Source: Perkinsus chesapeaki ATCC PRA-425
Lineage: Eukaryota; Protista; Perkinsozoa
Length of the DNA: 45,764 nucleotides
Direction: 5' to 3'
Assembly: GCA_013115145.1 (NCBI GenBank)
Contig: JAAPAO010000262.1
Span: 1 to 45,764 of the forward strand
Part shown: positions 12,537 to 25,280 of the stretch, piece after piece
Position numbering within the stretch: the stretch's first letter is position 1
Layout: each line of letters begins with the position of its first letter
Notes under the pieces: model-generated
The model's database searches: none
Seen by the model: only the letters and a program-made list of their open reading frames with translations
Told to the model about the DNA's origin: nothing
Program-made: the position numbers and the translations under genes

Positions 12537-14615
12537 ATGGATATGAGTCTGGATTACACGGCCTTGAATTCTGGGCTCTCGAAGTTGACTGCCGCATTTC
12601 TGAAGAACAGCACTGCCTTGAAGATAGCCGGAGCCGCAGCGGCCTTTGGTGTTTGTTTAAAGCTTATACACAACTACACGAGGACTCCATTCCCGGGCCC
12701 CAATGTAGAGTACCTACTTCGGCAGGATCAACCAGATATACGAAGTTCGCGCTGATGCAGGTTATCTCTGTCCTTCGTCTACCATTCCTGAGCCCCGAAA
12801 AGCAGGTCGAGTGGTTAACAAATATTGCCAATTATTATGGGAAGATTTGCTCATTCAGGTGAGGCAAACAACTAAAGATCCTGACCCTCTCGGCGCTGAC
12901 ATACATCTCACGCTTGTCAGGCTCTTTGGTACCACCGTGGTCCTGGTGTCTGATATGAAGATCTTTCGTGAGATTACTAAGAAAAGGCCTAAGGCTTATA
13001 GCCGAGTACAAGTTCCCAACCTTCTGGGGCAAGTCAACGTTGTCTTTGCGGAGGGCGATGCTTGGAGAGTTCACAGAAAGATAGTCTCCCGCCCGCTCAT
13101 CGACAGCAATGTGGATATCCTGCTCCCCATGATTTGCTCTGTCGCTGATAAACTAGTAAGCCAAGTTGAGTGGCATTCCTGTCATTATTCGACATTTTTA
13201 GGTACAACACATACGCTCTCTGAGCAACTCAAACGGTGTTGTTAGCCGCTGGGCACCAGAGGAATACCTTCTGCACGCCGCATCAAAGATCGCATCTGCC
13301 TTTTACGTTGGAGAAGCCGATCCCGGGCAATCGAAAGGTACCGGGATATCGCGGAGAGTTGCGATAATCATTTCACCACTGTAAGTCGCGTATCCAACTT
13401 CAGACCTTTTGTTCACCGATGACTTCTAAAGGCGAGCTCTCTCGTTTATTCGGCGGGAGCTGGAACTTGGTATCAGTCCAATAGCTGTTATCATTTCGCA
13501 ATTCCCAGTACTTGCTAAGTTCCACCCAAAGCTTCGAAGGGTAAGCTGAGCTCACGGAGACAGCTCGCTTCGACTGCAATGCAGTATGGTACGGTACTAC
13601 TAGAAGCGTTCTTTCTCCATCAGCTTTTCGCGGACTGGGAAGGTCAGCATGGACTGAAAGCTTCATGGCAGAGCATTATCGAAAATAACCTCTCGAAGCA
13701 ATCCCAGAATTCCAGAACCCAATTGCCTAGTATCTTGGAGCACGCTGGCAAAGAATATGATATGGAGGAGTTAATGAGCACTTTACATATGTAATAGGTA
13801 CTTGCTTAATTGGGAATAATATCTCTGGAGTAGGGTCTCCAACCAGGGACTTGGGACCCGAATCAGGCAACCGCGTTTTGCCGTCTGAAACGCTATAGAC
13901 GGAGCTATCACAAAAATGTCAGGTTCCTGGGAGCTGGAAGCGACACTGTTGCCGGTAGCTTGGGCACCCTACTCAAGTACATGTGCCTCAATCCTGGCGT
14001 ACAAGATCGAGCTCGGGCTGAGGCACTCTCTTTAGATAGAGATCCAGAAACTACAGTGGAGCTTGATAAACTGATCTATTTACGCGCTTGTATACTCGAG
14101 AGTCTGAGAGTAGAGGGGGTGTCTATTGCTTTGACATCAGCTCGTTCTCAGCTCAACACACTTGGACCGGTGCTACCAGTGGCTGCACTCCGTGACTGCG
14201 AGATCGATGGCAGATCTATTCGTGCTGGAACGCGTATCATAATCATGTTCAAGAAACTTCAAGAAGATTCTTATGAAAATGGAGGTGAATTCCGGTAAGC
14301 TAATGAGAAGCTTCAACTGCTCATGTGCTCGCCCACTTTAGTCCAGAACGTTGGCTATCAGAAGATGGTAAAACGGTTGATCTTGAGAAAAGCCGTGAGT
14401 TCACTGGGTTCGGTTGCGGACCTAGAGCTTGCCCCGGAAGGCACTTGGCCATGAAGGAGCTGCTGATATATTTATCTAGGATCCTCCGCAACTTCAAAAA
14501 TATGAGGCTGGCGGAAGGTTCCACTGCAGAGAGCAAGTTCATCTCATTAGTCGTTATGCATCCCCAAGACCTTCGTATCACAATGGAGGTGGTATTCGCT
14601 TCGAATCAAGCATGA
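12537..14615 (+). CDS. Cytochrome P450, multi-exon
   Basis: N-terminal hydrophobic anchor and PFPGP hinge, C-helix WxxxR (WRVHR), I-helix AGSDT, K-helix ESLR, PERW, heme motif FGCGPRACPG. First intron is 56 nt GT-AG. Confidence 0.92.
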
Positions 14616-14847
14616 TGGTGAACCTATATCTTTTCCGCCAGAATAACGTCATGTCGTCGTCCAGCATGTCTATGTATCCTTCCCTGTGAGTATCCTTCCC
14701 GTTGCTTCAGCACTTCGCACTTTGGCCATCATGGCGTCTCTTCACAATTGGTTTCGATCACGAAACAGAGATTTGTGTATCTCTGGGGTAGTTGGAGTAC
14801 CTTCCTTGGAATGGTGGCGCACACTGGATTATAAGAGGAAAGTGGTG

Positions 14848-15822
14848 TTCTGGGCCGGTATGCGGATCCTGATCCATGCGTGATCCTGAGAAAAAGATCA
14901 CGAAAAAAGATCAACGCAATGATTTTCTGGCGGAACCAGATCTTTTAGCTCAGATCAATAGGTTGGGGATCACGTAGCAGGATCATAGATCATTCGGATG
15001 ATTTGTGGATCATGAAACCCACAATCCTGTCAGTTTGGAGTCAGGATCGTAGACCGTGGATCAATGACATATAACTGATGGATCATTGTCACCGCACAAA
15101 TTGCATGGATCACTCTGTCGGAGCGATGCCGAGTCGCTCCCTAGTAGTCCCTAATGGTAGCCTTCTGCTACAGCAGCTGTAGTGCAGCTAGTACTATAAA
15201 CTGATTGTGTAGTTGTGTGGCACAACTTGTCTCTCAAATTGAGGCTCTCAATTCATTTATCACCCTCATCGCCGATGACTCATCGGAGTCCAGTGGTAAT
15301 TTCGTCATTAGTGAAGGTTTATTACTAAACATTATTATCACCATCATTTAATCACTCATTGTAAATGCTAATTGTAGTCTACTTAGTAGCTTCTATCATG
15401 CAGCTAATAGTATTAGCCTAATACTACCTAAGCGGCTTAGGCTAAACCTTCACTAAAGACTATGCGGGCTAGAAACGTCGCCATAGGACAATTTCCACGA
15501 AATTTGATACATATCACCAACTTAGTGACAACTAAGTATTGCACCAGACGAATAGAGAGTTATTTTTTCGAGCGGACTTTATGGGCAAATGGATGGTATT
15601 CTGGTCCAATATTACAGAATCACCGTGGATTAGCACGTAAAGTGCCACTGATCCGCTGAGGGATCCTTGAGATGGATCAGGATTTTGATCCGATGGTTGA
15701 ACTGGATCAGAGGATGATCTGCCAAGGCAAAATGGATCACGGATCAAGCCCTTGAGGATTTCTCAGCCCCTTGATCTATGGATCACGGATCAAGTTATTT
15801 CGCATATCCCATAAGCCCGGAA
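14848..15822. mobile_element. Candidate non-autonomous DNA transposon with GATC-rich subterminal blocks
   Basis: 15 GATC in 14865-15111 and 11 GATC in 15650-15791, mostly as GGATCA/TGATCC. Imperfect 8-bp terminal inverted match TTCTGGGC / GCCCGGAA. No TSD found. Confidence 0.4.
15403..15424. mobile_element. Perfect 22-bp putative excision footprint (8-mer GCTAATAC)
   Basis: GCTAATA-G-TATTAG-C-CTAATAC. Confidence 0.7.
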
Positions 15823-15924
15823 GCTCAATCGTTGCAATTTCCAAAGGGCACTCCATTCCGAAAACCATTTGAAATCTCGAAAATGAGCACAACGCAAAGC
15901 AGCTAAAAATGAGGCATCTATTTC

Positions 15925-17615
15925 CTATGTGCTGAACCGTCGACGAGTCATTATATATTCGGGACTGACATTTCCTTCGTGGGCACCATCATTCTCTGCA
16001 GTTTCTTTAACCTTCCCAAACGCTGATTCCAGCGCAGTAATCGTCGCCGCGGCATCTTCCCTGAGGACCTCCCGACACTGCTTGCTGCTACTCGTGCTGC
16101 CCCCCCGTTCAGAGCAGAGCGTGCTGTCCCGAAACACAAAGTGAGTAGACTCAGATATATCAAACAGTGAAGTGTCGCCTGTCGCCCGACTTTTCCGCCC
16201 GCTCCCTCGAAACGGCGACCAGAAAGGCGATATGCATGAAGAGATATGATCGGCTTGAAAGGACTGCTTAGATTCTTTACAGTGCGGAGGATACCCTTTT
16301 ATAGGGGAAGGGCTCGGTCGACCTTTTGGCGCCCTAACAGAGCAGCCTCTCGTACAGCAGTCCGTCGCAAAATCTCACCGTTTCCTGGTCGCTGGTGTTG
16401 CTGGAGGTGGAGGGTGATTACACGGATATGATCGCCTGCTTTGCTTTCTACCCTTTACAGATGGCGACTCCTCCGCACCCTTGCCGCTGCCCAATATATT
16501 TCCCAACCTTCAAAAAATATCACTAACAGCGGAGCGAAGCACGTCACCCTTCTCTTATGTCCTTCAGTCTGACTATGTCCTCACTAAGATCGTCTCGAAG
16601 CTCAGCCTGACGCTCCTCCTCGTCTCGCTCCATGACAGTGCTCAGAGGTCTGTGCGCTGACCTCCTGTCCGCTATCGCTGCCGGCAAGGGTGAAAGTGCC
16701 ATCATCGGCATCGTGCGTACTGACCGATACCTATAGTTCCCACATCACAAACATTATACCCATCAATAATCGAGCTTGATAATGACACATTGGTACAGTA
16801 TGCTGTGGAGCATACGTAGAGGTGTAAATTTGATACATCGTATTTCCTTATAAATGAAAATCGTTAATAATCTCCATCAGTGCATAGCAAGTGCACCGAA
16901 CTAGAGAACCAATCATTCCAATCATTCCACTCAACTCACAGGTCTTCAAAGCAAACTCCATCTGGAATCTTGCAAGCGCTGTATGCGATATAATATAGCC
17001 TTCCGTGGCACAGAAGTGATGAAGACAGTTCTCCCCCAAGATTTACCCAAGCTCATGAGCCTGTCGTATCTTCTCCTTCACAGCGCCCCACAATACAGCT
17101 ATCGCTTCCCCTGTCTCTCCAGCTTCGACAAGGGGAGGAACGCCACTCCGGACACTCTCAGCGAGCGCCAGAATAAGCTGGGCCGATGAAACCGTTGAAA
17201 GACTCATGTCTCTGTCCAGTCTACCAGGGACCTAAATACAAATTGGTCCTTGTCTTCAATTTTGCTTAGGACGGCTTTCACCAACATGTGCACTGCTAAC
17301 AGCTACACAACAGCATCAGTAGTTCAATAGGTAAACATGCTTCCGAGCAAAGATCACAGTTCAGGGCTACCTCAGAAAGAATCCAAAACTTGATCACACC
17401 ACAGTGCTCGCCACCCTCACCTCTCCTCCACCACCACAGTGGCAGCCTTCGACGTGCCTCCTTAAGGCTTCATTTTCCATCGTTAACTCTCCTATTCGGG
17501 CGTGCAATCTATGGACGTCCTCATTGCTTAGTAAATGTGCTACAGTTGGTGTGCCATATAAATGACCAGTGGATCCACCACACCGACCATTTAGTGACGA
17601 TGAAGAAGATGACAT
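15925..17615 (-). CDS. Hypothetical multi-exon protein with coiled-coil segments
   Basis: Exon-like segments EDVHRLHARIGELTMENEALRRHVE, LILALAESVRSGVPPLV...KEKIRQAHELG, ALARFQMEFALKT, MERDEEERQAELRDDLSEDIVRLKDIRE and a terminal ...TRRRFST*; most end at GT donors. Confidence 0.45.
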
Positions 17616-19147
17616 TCCCAAACAACCTCACCAACAACGGAGAAAGCATCCTAGCTTATTGGTCGACCACTGCCCGGCTTCCGATGCTCGGTTCCAAAAG
17701 TCCCAGGAAAGAGACGAAGCTTGACCAGCCAGTTCATCCTCAAATGGGGAAGACTTCCGATGAATTAAGCTCCAGATGCGAGCATGATTCCCTGGGCTAA
17801 AACCATATCAGATTGGCCTGGATCTGAGGCCCCACTAACCAATAAACCTACTCAAAGTTATAGACAATCTTAACTAGCTGGTAAACGGGGACCAACTGCA
17901 ACAGCGCGGAAGCCAAGGCACCGTCGCCTATTGGCGTTACGCCTTTGTCGACATGACGGCGCTACCTGTATAGTAGGCCAAGGCAGAGCATTCAAATTGA
18001 CAACACAAAGCTCTTTATGATCAATCAACTTAAGGATTTACGTTGGTAAACTTATCCGACGCCAATCAACGGCTCAATGCCTCTCGCTTGTATCTAACAA
18101 GCATTTCGTCGATACGCCGATGAAAAACTATCATCTACCGCTTCGAGAGAACTCCTTCTACAAAATAACAAAGTGCTTACGAATCGGCTCATACCACCTT
18201 TGTATGCCAACCACGAGGGGAACTCCGCTCAGAGAACCCTCCAGAGAACCGTCGAAATACATTCTTAAAAAGATGCAAAGGATGTTTCTTCTTGCTCCGA
18301 TGAGCTTTTTCATTGGGAAATTTTCAAAGAGTTTCCCTTAAAGCTCCCTAACTTATTGCCAATGGAAATGTGCTGAGAAATTTTCCATCCCCGCCTTTGT
18401 ACAAGGCCAGGTGAATCTCTGATATTGGCATACTTCGACCAGCAGCTTACTCTATAAACGCCTCGCCGTTAACTGCAGCTCCTTCAACATCCTCCTCATC
18501 ACAGCTTCGAGCCTCGCGCTTAAGTCGACGGACACCAGCAGCCAAGAGAGATTCCCAGTTAGGACCGACGCACGATCGGAGGGCCTATCGGATCAACATA
18601 ACCTTGATAAAATTTATTTTTAATGAAAATCTTACCTGATCAGCTGCAGGGTTATCGTCCGCCCCGAACACCTCGAAAATAGCCTCGAAAGTTGCCACCA
18701 AAACTCGTCTGGATAAAACACCTAAATTTGAGCATAAATCTACCGAGATGAATCGACGGTCGTCTACAGCGAACAGATATAGAATGTATTCCCCAACTTA
18801 GAACAAGTGCGAATTTTCCGAGATTAATAATCTCACGATCTTACATCTACATAATCTCAGATTATGCGACAACAACAACATGCAGGTCGCCATCTAAAAA
18901 CGAACTACGGACGGGCCTCATATTCAGACTATGACCACAAGGTAGAGACATTATACTGTAAGGTTTACCTTATTTGAAATTTTAAGGGAAGATCTCATAA
19001 TTCAATGAATGGGGCCCGTTGGAGATTCAAACGACTTACTGTAGATGGCGATCACTGGAGTACTAAATATTAGAAGGTTCGTAAATAACATGGGCTCCAC
19101 CCAAATAGAGACTGTTGCAGAAAGCTGTGGAGTGGAGGCAGTCCGAC

Positions 19148-19172
19148 GTAAGATTAACACTGTTAATCTTAC
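19148..19172. repeat. Perfect 12+1+12 inverted repeat
   Basis: GTAAGATTAACA-C-TGTTAATCTTAC. Confidence 0.95.
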
Positions 19173-20369
19173 ATTGTACTGCCTCTACAACATGTTAATT
19201 CAGCAGGTTGAGAGAAACGTCAATCACCTTTAAATAAATTTTGTCGCGAAATTTATTATTTATTTAGAGAACATATGGCAAAGCCAAAGCCAGTTATAAA
19301 TTTACCTTTCTCCTCACAATGGAGCTTGACAAGCTGCAGAAGACCCTCACATACACTGCAAGCATCTGGATGACTGCGACCAAGCCAACTTATACACACC
19401 ACCTGGCACATTTACGCACTATAGAGATTCCACTATGCCTACCTGAGCTTGGACCATATCTTCCGATAATGGGGACACCAATTGTGTCATCCGTACCGAA
19501 TTGTCCACCAACTCCAACCCCTCATTGGTAGCAGCACAGCCCCTTGCACCTAAATATTATACTGCGAATTGAACCATTAATAGTGGCTGTCACAAAAGTA
19601 GTTCCATGCCCGATCAAGTTATAATTGAATAACTAGTTGGCTGGTTAGTAATTTAGCTACAGTTAATTGATATGGAACGTTCATTAATAAATGAATTTTA
19701 GGACGTATGTTAAAATATTATTAAAAAAATTGATTATCTACATCCTAAACAGTTTCTCAAATGTAATCAAAGTCGAAAGATTTCCTAACCAGAACGATAA
19801 ATTCTTCCTTGTGAACACGTATATCGAAATCTTACTTGCTAATAAGAGGGACTGATATAAAGCCTGAAGCAGCTCCCCTATAGACGTTCCATACGAGCAT
19901 CCTCTTCCCCAATCCAACTTGGAAAATAATGGTAATGCTGCTGTTAGGGCAGACACGCAGTGGTCACAGAGAGATGTGACCTGAGTAGGCAGCAGAGCTT
20001 TAACGACACCATGAAGAGTAATTCATTTAAGGCAGCAGCCGACTGTTTGTTCTTTCTTGGAAAAAGCACTTCGTAAAAGTTCTTTCTTGTAGGAAACAAG
20101 TGGCAGGATCGTCGATAAAAATACAAAGCAGAACGGTATTTACTAAGTGTTTTTTGCGTGTAAAGTACAGTCAATCTCGCAGACGTGAGATCCAAGCGTA
20201 GCTCTGTGGTTGCCGACGTTTGCTAGAAAAATCTCCTAAAGCCGCGAAGATTCGGTTGGCCTTGCTGCCACATCACTGAAGAGTGTGCCCTTTGGTCACA
20301 AAAACTTTCGACTTGACAAAATGCGCCAAGACGCCACTCCTCCATCCTTACTCCACTATCATCGACAGC

Positions 20370-21180
20370 ATTCTCAACAATAACTATCTCCTCACAGCCC
20401 TCCAGTGCATTGCTGTGTAACGACCATAATGATGCTAAATCCGATAACAGTGAAACTGGCCTGAATGAAAGCAGTGAGGAAATCCCTCCCTGCTATATGA
20501 CTTACATTTTAGTACGGACTCTAGCCACCAGAGGCTCGTCAAGAGCGCTCATCAGGGATGCACTTAACTGAAGAAATATAATTAGCAATGTGATGAGATA
20601 AATCGGAGAGGAAGAGTTTCTCCAGCCTCTCCTGAAAGTTTCCAGGACCAGTATTTCGGTATAATGAAACCATGCCAGGACATGGTACCCAAAGTACCAT
20701 ACCGGTACAAGAGAAACCACAGCGAACTCGAGGCCAGAGAGCTCACGCAAAGGCCGCAGTGAAGTACAGAGGAATCAGCTGTTAGCAAGGCCATGAACAT
20801 GTACGCTAGAACTGGGCTACCTCCAGCTAGCATTATACTTCTGATGCCACCGACAATGACATTGTCACAATGGCGCCGAGGTCGTCAGGTGTGGTGAGAG
20901 CGCGGTATTCGTGCGAAACCGAGATTTTTATTGCGACCTTGTGGCCATGGGGAACTTCGATACCGCGATAGAAGAGTCGTTGAGATAGACAGCTGTACCA
21001 TAATCAACGGTACTTTTTATTTCGTCCAGGTCGTACCCCATGTTATGATGAAAAATCCTCAGGTCAGTCTCTAACGCGGCTGGCAACCTTCATAGTGCTG
21101 TATGGCCAGAATCAACTCCGGCATTGGGATGCCTAAAGCTTTCAGCTACCGCAAGGATACTGCGAGGCTCAACAGCAGGC
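20370..21180 (-). CDS. Exons of a probable multi-pass membrane protein; intact gene or pseudogene unresolved
   Basis: Hydrophobic segments LEFAVVSLVPVWYFGYHVLAWF, IYLITLLIIFLQLSASLM and ASFTVIGFSIIMVVTQ; I could not build a full splice model. Confidence 0.3.
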
Positions 21181-21200
21181 TGCTGTTAGTGTAAAGCAGT

Positions 21201-21239
21201 GTAAAGCAGAGAACACTAAGTTAGTGTTCTCTGCTTTAC
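21201..21239. repeat. Perfect 19+1+19 inverted repeat preceded by a 10-bp tandem duplication
   Basis: GTAAAGCAGAGAACACTAA-G-TTAGTGTTCTCTGCTTTAC; GTGTAAAGCA occurs at 21189-21198 and 21199-21208. Confidence 0.95.
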
Positions 21240-24200
21240 CAGACACATCCATGCGGAAGCTGCCGACATTGCCGCCCTGCCAAGAGTCCTCCTTCTGCTG
21301 GGCTAGGGACCTCGGATCGTCCTTAGTGCCCATAGGACCTCAGATGCCAGACGTACGTTTGCTTGTACCATGATCCCACACCGTCAGCAAACGGCACGTC
21401 GCTGGGGGGGGAGCGATCTGCTGAGCGTTAGCATAGCCTCGCCGCCTCGCTATAAGACATGTTTGAAGCTGCGAAACTTTACCAAAATTTATCCGAGTTT
21501 CTTTATCATCATGGTTTTTATGATATTACATGTTCTCCGCCATTCGGATAATAACCCTGTTGCTCCGGTAATTCCACAGTAGAAGACAATCGAAGTGCTC
21601 AAAACTACTTTCAACGGTGTATAATTTACCAATAATGAAAAACTATGTATAGGCTCACCATTATGAAGCTTTTTATTGGTGCCATGTAAACGCTACTCTA
21701 GAAAAAAGACCACGCGCGACTCTGTTATGGTGCCAAAAAGTATTCATCTTCTCAGTGAAATTCTTTAGCGAGCATCTCCCAAACCGTCAATTCACCTCAG
21801 CAAGAGACCTCATAACTTCCCCCAATACACTCGTATAAGCCTCTGCCTGCCCAGAGAAAATGAAGGGCATCGGTAACGACGAAGATGACACCCCACTCTC
21901 CGACATAGGCGCATTGTCGCTCGATGATCGACCACTGGACAAATACACTCAGCGACATGCAGCGAAATTCTTCTACCTACTTTTCCACTATTGCAGAAGC
22001 AATGAACGACAATGTTGTTACTGACGTCTGCACAACTGACAAAAAATCGATGATGGATTATGATTTCTATAATACAAGCCATATAGAGAATAAGGCTATT
22101 CACTACTATTAAAATCTATATTTAAGAACTTAATTACTGGTACAAAGCAATTAAGAGTGCGCATTTGCTTCAACGCTCGACAACCTTACGTCTGACACTC
22201 CTTCTCCACTTATCTACAACACTCTGGGCAGATCTCTGCTTGGCCGGATCACCCGCCTCTGGTGACGAGTCCGCTGCAGCTCCCTTGGTCGGGGCCTAAA
22301 TTCAACACACTCCAACAACTTCACTACTTTTTAAGAACCACTAGCAGCACTTTGATGCGCTTGTTAATAACCCGAAATACAACAACTTGATATAATTCCA
22401 TTTGCAAAGGATATGGCGAAGCCTACTAAGATTATATATATAAGTATAATACATAATGAGTGAGGGCCATTGCTGAAAAATTCCTAGCAAACACTCGAGC
22501 TTCCTCTAAGGTGCCATTCCTGGTGGCCGAGTTCCCGAAGTGGAAGCAACGGTTCAATCCATTCACGCCAGCGTGCTATCACCTATACACATGAAAGATT
22601 TAGAAGCTCAATTAGACCACTTTATAGTGTTATTGTAAATGCACTAGCAAGCTAAGAGGAATAAATGCCGCTCAAATTCAGCGGCTTCGAGACGTTGGGC
22701 AGCTCAATGTTCCCTAGCAGCAATACCACATGTGAAATGGAATAAATGCTACTTGTTTAATTAACATTTTACAACTGCCTAGAGGCTTAGATAATATTGA
22801 CATTTAGAAATAGAGAAATAATACAAGCCTGTATTATGTATTTCATAAAATATACTATTTTATATTATTGACGAACAGGCAATTTTATCAATTATACATA
22901 GGGAGGGAGCCAGACATTTAAAGAGTCAACGGCTTGCTTTTTGCCCGTGGCCTACTTTAATCTCCCCTACGAAAATCTAAACAAGGCCTAGACAGTGATA
23001 CAAAGCAGGAACCTTCTTACGACAAGACGACGGTCTAATGCTCATCTCTTCACTTACAGGCTGTATAGATGCAACTGTTTCAATAACATTGACAAAACCG
23101 TCGACCAGATGAGCGCCGGCTGAGGACACCTGAACAGCCACAAATGTGTTGGAATGCACATTTGTAAAAAATAGAATGAATTTCCAATGGTATATGTGAC
23201 ATATGATATGTCGGCATGAAAGTGGATATTCACTGTGGCGATTATGCAGGACATTTTTCAATGTTCCTCAAAGAAGGATACCACGCCCGATAACAGTGGC
23301 CTAGAGCATACGGGAACTTCCGCGGAAATAATGAAATCGGTCAAGTTCCCTCTGCACTATTGGCACGTACCAAATAATGCATCTCCTTAACAACCCTCTG
23401 GGCTCTCTCTAATCCACCTCTCTCTGGTGCGAATAACTCCATATGATACCCATGACATAATGCTAAGATAAAAAGGTACAATATAGCCTAGACTGTGAAA
23501 CAGTAAGAGGCAGAATGCAATCTTCCGCGCATATTACAGCGTACGTTTATGCTGACAATCAAGGTGTGCTCTAGAAATACAACGCGTTCGTTCGGATATA
23601 AGTCACTTCGAATATCTCACTTTGAAGTGAACTAGAATTTAACACCGTGAGCTCTAGTGAGAGTCGATGATGATGATGAGCAGAACTTTGGTACATATAC
23701 ACTATGTGTGGTTCATGCGACATAGTTCCTTGGATATTGGCAATGTCACGATACAGTACGCAACATGTAGAAATGAGGTACTCGGAGAGGCAAAATTCTC
23801 CCTACGTAAAGCCCCTTTGTTAATGAAGTCTCCGTTCTCGATCATCCATTAGCCCAGTTTGACCGACATAACTCGACAGCCATTTTTCGAGCTGTGTGGC
23901 GCGACATCTCAGCCACAGGTCGAACCAGCATAAGAGTATAGCTGTGAGCTGCGGTGAGTTGAGCAAAGTGAGCGACGTCTGGTATATACGTGAAGCCGGG
24001 AAGGCCGAATAAGAACTATGCTATACAATAGTAAAATACTCTCACATTGGTATATGCTATTATACGTTTATATTATACATGCTACTTTAGTTTAATAATA
24101 CTAGTGACCCACCATCCTAACATTTAACATCATCGCCAAGCAGTAACCGATATCAGTGAAAGAATAAACACTTACCAGACATCAGCTCAGCCGCGAGCAA

Positions 24201-24872
24201 TGCATCTTCCGATTCCTCAATAGCCTGCTCTACCTCCGTCATCCGATGAGTCAACGGTGATAGGCAACAATCTGACCAAACGCCCCATCAACACGGCTAT
24301 CTAACATTATATCTTCTTTATTTGCTATCCTGCTAATTGATCCTACACAGTGATCCCTAAGACCACAGATATTCAGTTAATCCTCAATCATCTCACATCT
24401 ACCACTTTACACAGTGCTACCATACGGCAAAGATACGTTTTATTATATAGTAACGGTTACGAGTGTAAAATTCCATCTACTATTCTCTGGAGCTTAAGAA
24501 ACCAAGAAGCTGAAGTTGACACTGGTAGCATTCCCTAATAGTTACATGTGTACTCATAACTTCACTAGGGCTCAGGTAACTAATAGTAACTTACTACACC
24601 CTAACCCGCCGTCACAGGGATACCCATCCGACTAGCTGTAATCAGTAGCCTGGTCGAAGGGGACAGGCTGCTGCACAAAACGATTGTATCAGACACTGCC
24701 AATGATAATATAATTGTTTCGAACCTTCGCATAACAAATAATTTTCCCGAATATGCCTCTTCAAATTGTTAACATGTACTCCAAGTCCCCCATTTACCTG
24801 AACACATCTCCTCCATCGCTACTCTAGATAACATATTGGCTGCTGCTACTCTTACCTATACAGGAAAGGATT

Positions 24873-25280
24873 TATAAAAGGTGTACATGTATATATAAAA
24901 GGTGTACATGTATATATAAAAGGTGTACATGTATACATAAAAGGGGTATATGTATACATAAAAGGTGTACATGTATATATAAAAGGTGTACATGTATATA
25001 TAAAAGGTGTACATGTATATATAAAAGGTGTACATGTATATATAAAAGGTGTNNNNNNNNNNNNNNNNNNNNNNNNNNNNNNNNNNNNNNNNNNNNNNNN
25101 NNNNNNNNNNNNNNNNNNNNNNNNNNNNNNNNNNNNNNNNNNNNNNNNNNGTAAATGTATATATAAAAGGTGTACATGTATATATAAAAGGTGTACATGT
25201 ATATATAAAAGATGTACATGTATATATAAAAGGTGTCTATGTATATATAAAAGATGTACATGTATATATAAAAGGTGTAC
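24873..25280. repeat. 21-bp minisatellite (GGTGTACATGTATATATAAAA)n spanning an assembly gap
   Basis: Near-identical tandem units on both sides of the N run. Confidence 0.95.
25053..25150. other. Assembly gap (N run)
   Basis: 98 N. Confidence 1.

Noticed and set aside
14865-15791. Bacterial oriC or Dam-site cluster (contamination or HGT)
   Set aside because: Flanked by spliced eukaryotic genes; I saw no DnaA-box array or bacterial genes.
17630-17700. SILAYWS...LPML as a hAT dimerisation domain
   Set aside because: The downstream SxxxERxFS motif is absent, and the segment lies just upstream of a minus-strand gene.
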